In this document: positions 1 through 7,714 of the stretch, one piece after another | Layout of the letters: each line of letters opens with the position of its first letter | Numbering within the stretch: position 1 is the first letter of the stretch | NCBI GenBank assembly: GCA_964491085.1 | Contig: CAZBFB010000046.1 | Span: forward strand, 1 to 63,086 | Reading direction: 5' to 3' | DNA from: an uncultured Gammaproteobacteria bacterium | GTDB taxonomy: Bacteria; Patescibacteriota; Patescibacteriia; CAZBFB01 | Length of the DNA stretch: 63,086 nucleotides | Position numbers and translations under genes: made by a program | Notes under the pieces: model-generated | Told to the model about the DNA's origin: nothing | The model's database searches: none | What the model saw: only the letters and a program-made list of their open reading frames with translations

Positions 1-1
1 A

Positions 2-148
2 AGCGCTGTCAACCGTTTGCGTTTGTCCGCCCGCGGCATTCACCGCGTGCTCAAAGTGGCGCGCACGATCGCCGACCTGGCCGCCAGCGAACTGGTGCAG
101 GGTGAACACGTCGCCGAAGCGTTGCAATACCGGAGGATTGAGAACTAG
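2..148 (+). CDS. 3' end of a ComM/YifB-type Mg-chelatase-like AAA+ protein (5' end outside the window)
   Basis: Frame 2 reads ...[41 protein letters not shown]. This is the conserved C-terminal tail of the ComM/YifB family. Confidence 0.7.
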   Translation, partial: SAVNRLRLSARGIHRVLKVARTIADLAASELVQGEHVAEALQYRRIEN

Positions 149-161
149 ATAAAGCAACCTT

Positions 162-267
162 TTGTCATTGCGAGCCCGACTTCGCCATCTGTGTTAATTT
201 AGCTCGATGGATTCGACCAGCTCACCACAGGGATTGCCACGTCGCTAGACGCTCCTCGCAATGACAA
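162..267. repeat. MITE-like element with terminal inverted repeats ttgtcattgcgag / ctcgcaatgacaa
   Basis: 13-bp perfect inverted termini at 162-174 and 255-267. They are related to the tgtcattcc...ggaatgaca family seen at 46.1, 48.2, 49.5 and 55.2 kb. Confidence 0.6.
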
Positions 268-283
268 GAGATAATTTGTACAC

Positions 284-312
284 TTGTCCGCAGATTTTTC
301 CTTTGCTAATCT
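284..312 (+). promoter_or_regulatory. Putative sigma70-type promoter: TTGTCC, 17-nt spacer, TGc-TAATCT
   Basis: The -35 and extended -10 hexamers have a 17-nt spacer. The -10 ends 9 nt before the ATG at 322 and no SD is visible. Confidence 0.4.
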
Positions 313-321
313 GATTTCATT

Positions 322-1230
322 ATGTCCAAACTATATTTAGTCACCGGCGGAGCCGGGTTTATCGGGTCGCATATCGTTGCGGCGTTGCTTCAGCGCGGCG
401 ACAAGGTGCGCGTGCTGGATAATATTTCAACCGGCAATGAGCAAAATATTCCGGCTGGCGCGGAATTGGTGCGCGCGGATATTCGTGATTTCGCGGCGAT
501 CAAAACGGCGTGCAGTGGGGTGGACGGTATTTTTCATACCGCCGCTTTGCCGCGGGTGCAACTTTCCATTGAACAACCGCTCGAAACCAATGAAATAAAT
601 ATTACCGGCACCTTGAACGTTTGCGTGGCGGCGCGTGACGCGGGTGTTAAGCGGATTATTTACTCGGCATCTTCATCGGCGTATGGTGATCCGGTTAAAT
701 TACCGTTGCGCGAAGACATGAAGCCAAATCCGAAGAGTCCATATGCGTTGCAAAAATATGTTGGTGAGGAATATTTGAAATTAGCAACGTTGTTGTGGCA
801 TGTGGAAACGGTGGCGTTACGTTATTTTAATGTCTATGGTCCGGGTTTGCCTTTGACTGGCGCGTATAAATTGGTCATGGCGGTATTTCTTGAACAGAAA
901 AAATTAGGCCAACCATTAACGATCACCGGCGATGGTACGCAGACGCGCGATTTTACTTTTGTTGATGATGTGGTGCGCGCGAATTTATTAGCCATGGATT
1001 CTCCGCGTGTCGGCCAAGGCGAAGTGATCAATATCGGCAACGGCGATAATCACAGCGTAAATGAAGTGGCAAAAATAATTGGCGGGCCGACTGTCAACAT
1101 TCCGCCGCGCGTTGAGCCGCACGATACTCTAGCGGATAGAACACGCGCCAAAGAATTGCTCGGCTGGGAACCGGAAATTACGTTTGAGAAAGGTATGCAG
1201 AAGACGATTGAATGGTTCGACAAACAGTAA
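322..1230 (+). CDS. NAD-dependent nucleotide-sugar epimerase/dehydratase (extended SDR)
   Basis: N-terminal TGGAGFIGSH Rossmann motif and an SPYALQK (YxxxK) catalytic motif; 302 aa. Confidence 0.85.
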   Translation: MSKLYLVTGGAGFIGSHIVAALLQRGDKVRVLDNISTGNEQNIPAGAELVRADIRDFAAIKTACSGVDGIFHTAALPRVQLSIEQPLETNEINITGTLNVCVAARDAGVKRIIYSASSSAYGDPVKLPLREDMKPNPKSPYALQKYVGEEYLKLATLLWHVETVALRYFNVYGPGLPLTGAYKLVMAVFLEQKKLGQPLTITGDGTQTRDFTFVDDVVRANLLAMDSPRVGQGEVINIGNGDNHSVNEVAKIIGGPTVNIPPRVEPHDTLADRTRAKELLGWEPEITFEKGMQKTIEWFDKQ

Positions 1231-1237
1231 AGTAAGA

Positions 1238-1327
1238 ACTAAGTAAAGTAAGTAAATTAAGCCAAGGGGTGCAAAGATGTATTTAGCTTACTCGCTTAAT
1301 TTACTTAGTCCTTAATTTACTTTTTTT
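1238..1327 (+). terminator. AT-rich inverted repeat followed by T7; possible terminator
   Basis: Perfect 12-bp stem agtaaattaagc (1251-1262) / gcttaatttact (1294-1305), then ttaatttac-ttttttt. The loop is long (31 nt), so this is uncertain. Confidence 0.3.
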
Positions 1328-2347
1328 ATGATTCTTGTTTCCGGATCTTTGGCGTATGATTTGATCATGGATTTCCCGGGGAAGTTTTCGGATCATATTA
1401 TGCCGGATAAAATTCACGCGTTGAACGTGAGTTTTTTTTTGGGCAGTCGTAGCCAAGAATTTGGCGGTACTGCTGGGAATATCGCGTATAATTTGGCGCT
1501 TTTAGGACTACAGCCGACAATTCTGGCATCGGTCGGAAATGATTTTGCCAAATACCGCGCGTGGCTGGAACAACACAACCTAGATTTGTCCCAGATAAAA
1601 ATAGTTGCCGAAGAACCCACCGCCGTAGCGCACATCATGACCGATCAGGCGGACAATCAAATCACCGGCTTTTATCCGGGCGCGATGTTGCAATCAGCCG
1701 CAACAAAACTCATCCCCCACCTTAATCCTCCCCCTTCTGCTGAAGAGGGAGGAAACAGAATTAATTTTCCTCCCTCTTGTACTCAAGGGGGAGGCCAGGT
1801 GGGGGATTTTGCTATCGTCTCTCCCGGTAACTTGGACGACATGCGGGCGTTGCCGAAATGGTATGCTGAAAAAAACATCCCCTATATTTACGATCCGGGG
1901 CAAGCAATTACCGGCTTGTCAGGGGAGGATTTGCAAGCGGGAATCAACGGCGCGAAATTTCTAATTTGCAATGATTACGAAGCCAGTTTGATTACCCACA
2001 AGACCGGATTGAAGCTTGAACATATCTTTGCTAAACTGTCTGCGATTATTATTACTCTAGGCGCTCTAGGTTCACGCTTGATTACCGTCTCGGGTGAAAT
2101 TTTAATCGCCCCGGCAAAGCCGAGTCAACTCGTTGATCCCACCGGCGCGGGTGATGCGTTCCGTGCGGGATTCATCCACGGTGTTTTACAAGGATGGTCA
2201 CTAAGTGATGCCTGTCGGTTAGGCGCAACCGTGGCGGTGTACACGGTAGAAAAACATGGCACACAAACGCACACTTTTACGCTTTCAGAATTACAAACAC
2301 GATATGAATTGAACTACGGTGTGAGAGTGGTGTCGGTGTTACTTTAA
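1328..2347 (+). CDS. PfkB-family carbohydrate/nucleoside kinase (adenosine-kinase-like) carrying an in-frame repeat insertion
   Basis: DPTGAGDAFRAGF signature near the C-terminus and an N-terminal GG motif region. Residues IPHLNPPPSAEEGGNRINFPPSCTQGGGQVGD are encoded by a repeat. Confidence 0.8.
   Translation: MILVSGSLAYDLIMDFPGKFSDHIMPDKIHALNVSFFLGSRSQEFGGTAGNIAYNLALLGLQPTILASVGNDFAKYRAWLEQHNLDLSQIKIVAEEPTAVAHIMTDQADNQITGFYPGAMLQSAATKLIPHLNPPPSAEEGGNRINFPPSCTQGGGQVGDFAIVSPGNLDDMRALPKWYAEKNIPYIYDPGQAITGLSGEDLQAGINGAKFLICNDYEASLITHKTGLKLEHIFAKLSAIIITLGALGSRLITVSGEILIAPAKPSQLVDPTGAGDAFRAGFIHGVLQGWSLSDACRLGATVAVYTVEKHGTQTHTFTLSELQTRYELNYGVRVVSVLL
1712..1807. repeat. Family-B palindromic repeat, head-to-head dimer (96 bp), inside the kinase CDS
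   Basis: atcccccacct..cctccccctt..aagagggaggaaa / spacer / ttttcctccctctt..aagggggagg..aggtgggggat. The length is 32 codons with no stop in the gene frame. Confidence 0.9.
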
Positions 2348-2453
2348 TGGTTCGATGTTTCCAGGAGAATCTTAGTATAATCAAGCTCGTCTGGTTTGCC
2401 GGTTTGTCTGTCGTTTTAATTTTGTTAATGTTGAAGTAACGTAAATAGAAGGC

Positions 2454-3689
2454 ATGACATCTGATGTTGTTATTATCGGCGCCGGCATTTTGGGAACGAG
2501 CGTGGCGGACAGGTTGGCGGCGGCTCGCCCGCATCTCAAGATTGTTGTGATCGAGCAGGCTGGTGCGCCGGCCTTTCATACTTCGGGTCGGAACACGGGC
2601 GTGATTCATCGGCCGTTTTATCTTGATCCGAAAACAAAACAAACCTTGGCGCGTTGTGCCCAAGAGTCATATTTTTTTTGGCAAGATTATGCGGCCAAAA
2701 AAGGATTACCCTGGCAAAAACTGGGCACGATTGAAGTGGCGCTCGCTGATCGACAGCTCGAGCGGTTGCATTGGTATAAGCGCTGGTCGTTGCAGAACGG
2801 GATGGCGGAAGACGAGATTCAAATTCTGTCGGCTGATGAGGTGCGGGAGCTTGAGCCGCAGATACGCTGTCGTGGCGCGCTTTTATGCACTACCGATACA
2901 GCCGTTGATTTTGCCGGTTTTACGCGCGCGCTTAAGGATGACGCTGCAGGCAAAGGAGTTGAATTTATTTTTGATACCATAGTGCGGAACATACGGCAAT
3001 GTACTGACGGCATTGAGATCGTAAGTAGTGATGAGCGAGTGTGGCAAACAAAATTTTTAATCAATTGCGCGGGTGGCAATGCTTTGTCGATCGCTCACCT
3101 GATGGGCGTGGCGCGTGAATATGCGGATATGAATTTTCGGGGCGAGTATTGGCTGGTGACGGGAGACAGCGCACATTTGGCGACGCACAATATTTATTCG
3201 GTGCCGCGGCACAGCGCGTTTCCATTTCTTGATCCGCATTATATTATTCGTAATGACGGTCGTGTGGAAATCGGGCCGAGCGCGGTGCCGGTGTTTAGTC
3301 CGTATAGTTATCGCGGTATCGGTCCCATTATGTCAAAAATAATGACGCGGCCGATGGGGAATAAATTGCGGCTGTTAACTAATCCGGAATTTATCACGCT
3401 ATGCGCGCAGGAATGGAAAAGTTCTTTGTTTAAATCAGTCATGGTGGAACGGGTGCAGGAATTCTTGCCGACCTTTCGTTTAGAGGATTGCACGCAACGG
3501 GGTAATGCCGGCGTACGCGCCGCGCTGATTGATCGCGCCGGTCGGTTTGTGCCGGAAGTGGTGGAAGCGTCTGATCAGCGTTCGTTTCATATTCTCAATT
3601 ATAATTCTCCCGGCGCCACCGGCGCACCGGCCTATGCCCGGCAGGTAGTGCAAAAATTATTGCGCGAAACAACGCTGGCGGTGGTCTGA
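2454..3689 (+). CDS. FAD-dependent oxidoreductase, L-2-hydroxyglutarate oxidase (LhgO)-like
   Basis: DVVIIGAGILGTS dinucleotide-binding motif, HTSGRNTGVIH, and C-terminal NYNSPGATGAP. Confidence 0.65.
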   Translation: MTSDVVIIGAGILGTSVADRLAAARPHLKIVVIEQAGAPAFHTSGRNTGVIHRPFYLDPKTKQTLARCAQESYFFWQDYAAKKGLPWQKLGTIEVALADRQLERLHWYKRWSLQNGMAEDEIQILSADEVRELEPQIRCRGALLCTTDTAVDFAGFTRALKDDAAGKGVEFIFDTIVRNIRQCTDGIEIVSSDERVWQTKFLINCAGGNALSIAHLMGVAREYADMNFRGEYWLVTGDSAHLATHNIYSVPRHSAFPFLDPHYIIRNDGRVEIGPSAVPVFSPYSYRGIGPIMSKIMTRPMGNKLRLLTNPEFITLCAQEWKSSLFKSVMVERVQEFLPTFRLEDCTQRGNAGVRAALIDRAGRFVPEVVEASDQRSFHILNYNSPGATGAPAYARQVVQKLLRETTLAVV

Positions 3690-3764
3690 TTTTATTAGAT
3701 TAAACCCGCAGTGTTTCTTGGTGATTTCTTGGTGATGATGAATGTCTGTGTGGGTATCTTATGA

Positions 3765-3793
3765 TTGACCGTCAGGGTCTGCTTTGCTAAGAT
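3765..3793 (+). promoter_or_regulatory. Putative promoter: TTGACC, 17-nt spacer, TGc-TAAGAT
   Basis: Consensus-like hexamers with an extended -10. It lies inside the long ORF 3765..5153, which argues for the internal ATG at 3825 as the ahcY start. Confidence 0.5.
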
Positions 3794-3824
3794 CGCTGTC
3801 ATTACTAGGTTATTTTTGAATAGT

Positions 3825-5153
3825 ATGAGCAAGGTAAAAGATTCATCGTTGGCTGAACAGGGGAAATTACTGATCGAATTGGCGGAAGGGCGGATGGGAG
3901 CTTTGCTTGAAGTGCAAAAACAATTTGTAGCGGAGAAACCGTTTGCCGGTTTGACGATCGGTTTGGCTTTGCATGTGACCAAAGAGACGGCGGTGTTAGT
4001 GAAAACATTAGTGGCCGGCGGTGCTGAAGTCGCCATTGCCGGGTGCAATCCGTTATCAACCCAAGATGCGGTCGCGGCGGCTTTGGCTGTGGAATCGGGT
4101 GTCGAAGTATTCGCCTGGAAACACCAAACAAACCAAGAATACTATGATAATTTAAAATCAGTGATTTCGGTTTTACAGGCAAACCTAAAACCTACTGCAC
4201 CTACTGCACCTACTGCACCTAAAACCCTAATCACTATTGATGACGGTTGTGATTTGGTGAGTTTGATTCACAAAGAATATCCGGCATTGATCCCGCACAT
4301 CATCGGCGGGTGCGAAGAGACCACGACCGGTATAGTGCGTTTGCAAGCGATGGTGCGTGCTGTGGCGCTTAAATATCCGGTGGTGGCGGTTAATGACAAC
4401 AAAACAAAACACTTGATGGATAATTATTACGGCACCGGGCAGTCAACGCTCGATGGTATTATTCGCGCGACGAATATTTTGTTGGCTGGAAAAATTTTAG
4501 TGGTTGTTGGTTATGGTAGTTGCGGCAAAGGTGTGAGCAAGCGAGCGCAGGGGATGGGATCAAACGTGATCGTAGTGGAGACCGACGCGTTTCGCGCTCT
4601 GCAAGCGGTCATGGACGGCTATCGCGTTATGCCCCTGCTCGAAGCGGCCGTCGTGGGTGATATTTTTGTCACCGTTACCGGCAACAAACATGTTATCCGA
4701 CCCGAGCATATGGCGCGCATGAAATCCGGCGCAATTTTGGCAAACTCCGGACATTTTGATTTGGAAATTGATTTGGTCGGTTTGAAAAAGATGAGCAGTG
4801 GCCAGCGCACCATGCGTCCATTTTTGGATGAGTACATATTGGAAAACAAAAAATTAATATTTGTAGTTGGTGAAGGTCGGTTGGTGAATTTGGCCGCGGC
4901 GGAGGGACACCCGTCGGAAGTGATGTCATTGTCGTTTTGCGGTCAGGCATTAGCGTGTTATTGGTTGGTGAATCAGTTGAATGGTCTTCGACAAGCTCAG
5001 GCAATAACAGGATTGGAAGCAAAACTCTATACGCTGCCGCCGGAGATTGATGACCGAATTTCGCAGTTGCAGTTGATGGCGATGGGTGTTACCAAAGATA
5101 CCATCACCCACGAACAACAAAAGTATTTAACCAGTTGGGAAGAAGGAACATGA
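3825..5153 (+). CDS. ahcY: Adenosylhomocysteinase (S-adenosyl-L-homocysteine hydrolase)
   Basis: LHVTKETAVL, GCNPLSTQD, CEETTTG, NDNKTKHLMDNYYGTGQS and GYGSCGKGV NAD motifs. The start is taken at MSKVKD. Confidence 0.9.
   Translation: MSKVKDSSLAEQGKLLIELAEGRMGALLEVQKQFVAEKPFAGLTIGLALHVTKETAVLVKTLVAGGAEVAIAGCNPLSTQDAVAAALAVESGVEVFAWKHQTNQEYYDNLKSVISVLQANLKPTAPTAPTAPKTLITIDDGCDLVSLIHKEYPALIPHIIGGCEETTTGIVRLQAMVRAVALKYPVVAVNDNKTKHLMDNYYGTGQSTLDGIIRATNILLAGKILVVVGYGSCGKGVSKRAQGMGSNVIVVETDAFRALQAVMDGYRVMPLLEAAVVGDIFVTVTGNKHVIRPEHMARMKSGAILANSGHFDLEIDLVGLKKMSSGQRTMRPFLDEYILENKKLIFVVGEGRLVNLAAAEGHPSEVMSLSFCGQALACYWLVNQLNGLRQAQAITGLEAKLYTLPPEIDDRISQLQLMAMGVTKDTITHEQQKYLTSWEEGT
4191..4220 (+). repeat. 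Tandem 9-bp repeat (cctactgca x3 + cct) encoding PTAPTAPTAP inside ahcY
   Basis: Three perfect 9-bp units, flanked by cctaaaacc on both sides. Confidence 0.9.
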
Positions 5154-5263
5154 AAATCAGTAAATCCGGTAAATTAAGTAAATCCAGTGGCGGAAGGTTT
5201 GAAAAAAAACGATTGAGTATTTTAGAGGCTTGGTGTAAACCCGACTGTCATTTATATTTAATA

Positions 5264-5305
5264 TTTTCCTCCTCTTCAGCAGAAGGGGAGGGTTAGGGAG
5301 GGGAT
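5264..5305 (+). repeat. Family-B palindromic repeat, short form
   Basis: ttttcctcctcttcagcagaaggggagggttagggaggggat. Confidence 0.8.
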
Positions 5306-5318
5306 TGTGTTTGCAAAA

Positions 5319-5446
5319 ATCCCCCACCTAACCGTTCCGGGGCTTCGCGGTCTGCGACATCACCAAGCCCGTCTCGCGGTTCGCAGGCAAAGCAGTTTGC
5401 CTGCTTTCCACCGCTCGACCCCCTTGACTACAAGAGGGAGGAAAAA
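5319..5446 (-). repeat. Family-B repeat, long form, with an 86-nt internal core
   Basis: Its reverse complement matches 62816..62940. The internal core is identical by eye; only the B-type arms differ at a few positions. Confidence 0.9.
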
Positions 5447-5453
5447 TTATAAC
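5424..5453 (+). promoter_or_regulatory. Putative promoter whose -35 (TTGACT) lies in the repeat terminus; -10 TATAAC
   Basis: TTGACT 5424-5429, 18-nt spacer, TATAAC 5448-5453; the ATG at 5471 is downstream. Confidence 0.4.
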
Positions 5454-5470
5454 ACCTTTATTTTTGTGTA

Positions 5471-6757
5471 ATGCCCTCATTTTTTACGCGTCTCTATCAT
5501 TGGTTGCTCGACCGGCCACTGTATAAAAACAGTTTTATTTTTTTTGTCGGAACGATTACGGCAGGACTGGGCGGGTATCTGTATCAGTTGGCCATGAGTC
5601 GAATGTTGTCGTTAGCTGATTTTGGGGCACTGTCGTCACTGGTCAGTGTATTCGGTTTGGTGGGTGTGCCGATTTCGGTAGTAGGAACGTTGACCATTCG
5701 CCAAGTGGCCGCCCTACAAGCGCACGGATCGTTGGGATCGGTTTCTTATTTGGTACGACGATTAACGCAGGCGAGTATCTGGGGAGGCGGCGTATTATTT
5801 TTGTTGTTTTTACTGGCTGGTTCGGCGGTAAAACAATACCTACAACTTGATTCATCGTGGCCGTATTATATTTTAATCGTTGGATTACCCTTATCGTTTA
5901 TCACAGCAATTTGGCAGGGCGTTTTGCCGGGTCTGCAGAGATTTCGGGTTTTTTCAACCAGCCAGATTATTGTGAGCGTGCTCAAATTATTTTTGGCTAT
6001 CGGTTTTGTGTTCCTGTCATGGGGAGTGACGGGGGCGATTGGAGCAACATTGATTGCGTCTGTCGTGGCAACGGTGTTTGTCGGTTGGCATTTGCGTGAT
6101 ATTTTTTCCTTTACTCCCGAACCGGTGACACTAGCACATCTCAAAACGATAGCGGGGGTGATTTTTGTTTGGACGCTGTCTCTGGCGGCGTTACAAAGTT
6201 TAGATGTAATTTTAGTCAAACGTTTTTTTGCACCGGACGAGGCCGGCGTGTATGCCGCATTTTCACTGTTGGGAAAAATAATTTTTTTTGGTGCCACGTC
6301 AGTAGCAGGTGTGCTTCTGCCTATGGCTACGGAATTATATGAGGCAGGTAAGCACGCGGCTCATCGTCGTCTCTTGCGTTTGAGTTTGGGATTGACGGCG
6401 GGTTTGGCGGGATTGGGTGTGACTACCTATTGGTTGGTACCGGCAACGATTATTCGGATTTTTTTAGGAGCGCGGTATCTTCCGTTTGGCGAGTATTTGG
6501 TCTGGTTTGGTTTGCTCGGATTTTGTTTGAGCGTGGTGCAAATTTTAGCGGTGTATTTTCTTTCAATCGGGCGCCGTTGGTTTTTGCTCATGCTGGCGCT
6601 GGCGCCGATTTTGGAAGTTGTGCTAGTGTATACTTTTCATGACTCATTACTCACGGTCTTAAAAATTTTTGTGGCGATTTTAGCGGTGTTGGCCTTGTCT
6701 TTATTCGGTGTTTTCCGGTTTGCCCGATCGGAGCAGACCGTCGGTGCGGATATATAA
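5471..6757 (+). CDS. Polysaccharide/oligosaccharide flippase (Wzx / MOP-superfamily-like), polytopic membrane protein
   Basis: 428 aa, roughly 12-14 hydrophobic segments, and an N-terminal pattern typical of polysaccharide biosynthesis (PST) proteins. It heads the glycan locus. Confidence 0.6.
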   Translation: MPSFFTRLYHWLLDRPLYKNSFIFFVGTITAGLGGYLYQLAMSRMLSLADFGALSSLVSVFGLVGVPISVVGTLTIRQVAALQAHGSLGSVSYLVRRLTQASIWGGGVLFLLFLLAGSAVKQYLQLDSSWPYYILIVGLPLSFITAIWQGVLPGLQRFRVFSTSQIIVSVLKLFLAIGFVFLSWGVTGAIGATLIASVVATVFVGWHLRDIFSFTPEPVTLAHLKTIAGVIFVWTLSLAALQSLDVILVKRFFAPDEAGVYAAFSLLGKIIFFGATSVAGVLLPMATELYEAGKHAAHRRLLRLSLGLTAGLAGLGVTTYWLVPATIIRIFLGARYLPFGEYLVWFGLLGFCLSVVQILAVYFLSIGRRWFLLMLALAPILEVVLVYTFHDSLLTVLKIFVAILAVLALSLFGVFRFARSEQTVGADI

Positions 6758-6772
6758 GTAGTCGTTCGGATT

Positions 6773-7714
6773 ATGAAATCATTGGTATCAATAATTGTTC
6801 CCCTCTATAACGAACAGCGATCGCTCGTTGAGTTGTGTCGTCGGATTGAGGCGGCTATGGCCGGTTTGACGGAGCGCTATGACTACGAATTGATGTTGGT
6901 TGATGACGGCAGTAGTGACGAGAGTGATCGGGCTTTGGCAGAGTTGGCGCAAACGAATAGTCGGGTGAAGCCGATTGTCTTTTCGCGTAACTTTGGCAAA
7001 GAAATGGCCATGTCGGCCGGGTTGATGAACGCTCACGGTCAGGTGGCGATTATCCTGGACGGTGATCTGCAACATCCGCCGGAATTATTACCGGAATTTT
7101 TACAGCGTTGGGAACAAGGCGCGGAGGTAGTGGTCGGGGTGCGTAAAACAAATCAGGGTGAAGGCATGATCAAACGCGTCGGATCGTGGTTGTTTTATCG
7201 CATCATGAAGCACATCGCCGAAATTGATTTGCTGCCGAACGCCACAGATTTTCGGTTGTTGGATCGTGCGGTGATTGACGAGTTTAATCGGTTTACCGAA
7301 CGTAACCGTATGACGCGCGCGTTGATTGATTGGCTCGGATTCAAGCGGGCCCATGTTTATTTTGACGCGCCGCGCCGCGCCGACGGTCAAGCGGGATATT
7401 CAATCAGAAAATTAGTGCGTCTGGCGACGGCGAGCTTTGTTTCCTTGAGTTTGTTTCCGTTGAAATTGGCCGGCTATCTCGGAGTGATCATTATTATCGT
7501 GGCCACCGGTTTCGGCGGATTCATGGTGATTGATAAATATGTTTTGCATGACCCCTGGGGATTTGATTTTTCCGGCACGGGTTTGCTCGCGATCATGATC
7601 CTTTTTTTGGTCGGCGTGGTGTTGGCCTGCCTCGGCTTGATCGCCTTGTACATCGCGCACATCCACAGCGAAGTAATCAATCGGCCGATGTATATTGTGC
7701 GGAAGTCAAAGTGA
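6773..7714 (+). CDS. GT2 polyprenyl-phosphate glycosyltransferase (GtrB/ArnC/DPM1-like)
   Basis: VSIIVPLYNE..., DDGSSD, DGDLQHPP, plus two C-terminal TM helices. This is the classic GtrB/ArnC architecture. Confidence 0.8.
   Translation: MKSLVSIIVPLYNEQRSLVELCRRIEAAMAGLTERYDYELMLVDDGSSDESDRALAELAQTNSRVKPIVFSRNFGKEMAMSAGLMNAHGQVAIILDGDLQHPPELLPEFLQRWEQGAEVVVGVRKTNQGEGMIKRVGSWLFYRIMKHIAEIDLLPNATDFRLLDRAVIDEFNRFTERNRMTRALIDWLGFKRAHVYFDAPRRADGQAGYSIRKLVRLATASFVSLSLFPLKLAGYLGVIIIIVATGFGGFMVIDKYVLHDPWGFDFSGTGLLAIMILFLVGVVLACLGLIALYIAHIHSEVINRPMYIVRKSK

Noticed and set aside
3765-3824. N-terminal extensions suggested by the longest ORFs (3765 for ahcY, 17834 for rfbG, 18720 for DegT-2, 21991 for GT4, 26338 for GT2, 34067 for the methyltransferase, 56568 for uvrA)
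   Set aside because: In each case the extension overlaps the upstream gene or a predicted promoter and lacks homology. An internal ATG aligns with the conserved family N-terminus.
5150-5296. 48-codon ORF (MKISKSGKLSKSSGGRFEKKRLSILEAWCKPDCHLYLIFSSSSAEGEG*) whose ATG overlaps the ahcY stop (ATGA)
   Set aside because: The N-terminal part is encoded by the repetitive gtaaat(c/t) motif DNA and the C-terminal part by a family-B repeat. There are no recognisable motifs. It is most likely non-coding, though translational coupling cannot be excluded.
7706-7714. 9-nt 3'-end overlap of the convergent GT2 (+) and gmd (-) genes as a regulatory feature
   Set aside because: Short convergent overlaps are common in compact genomes, and there is no associated structure or motif.
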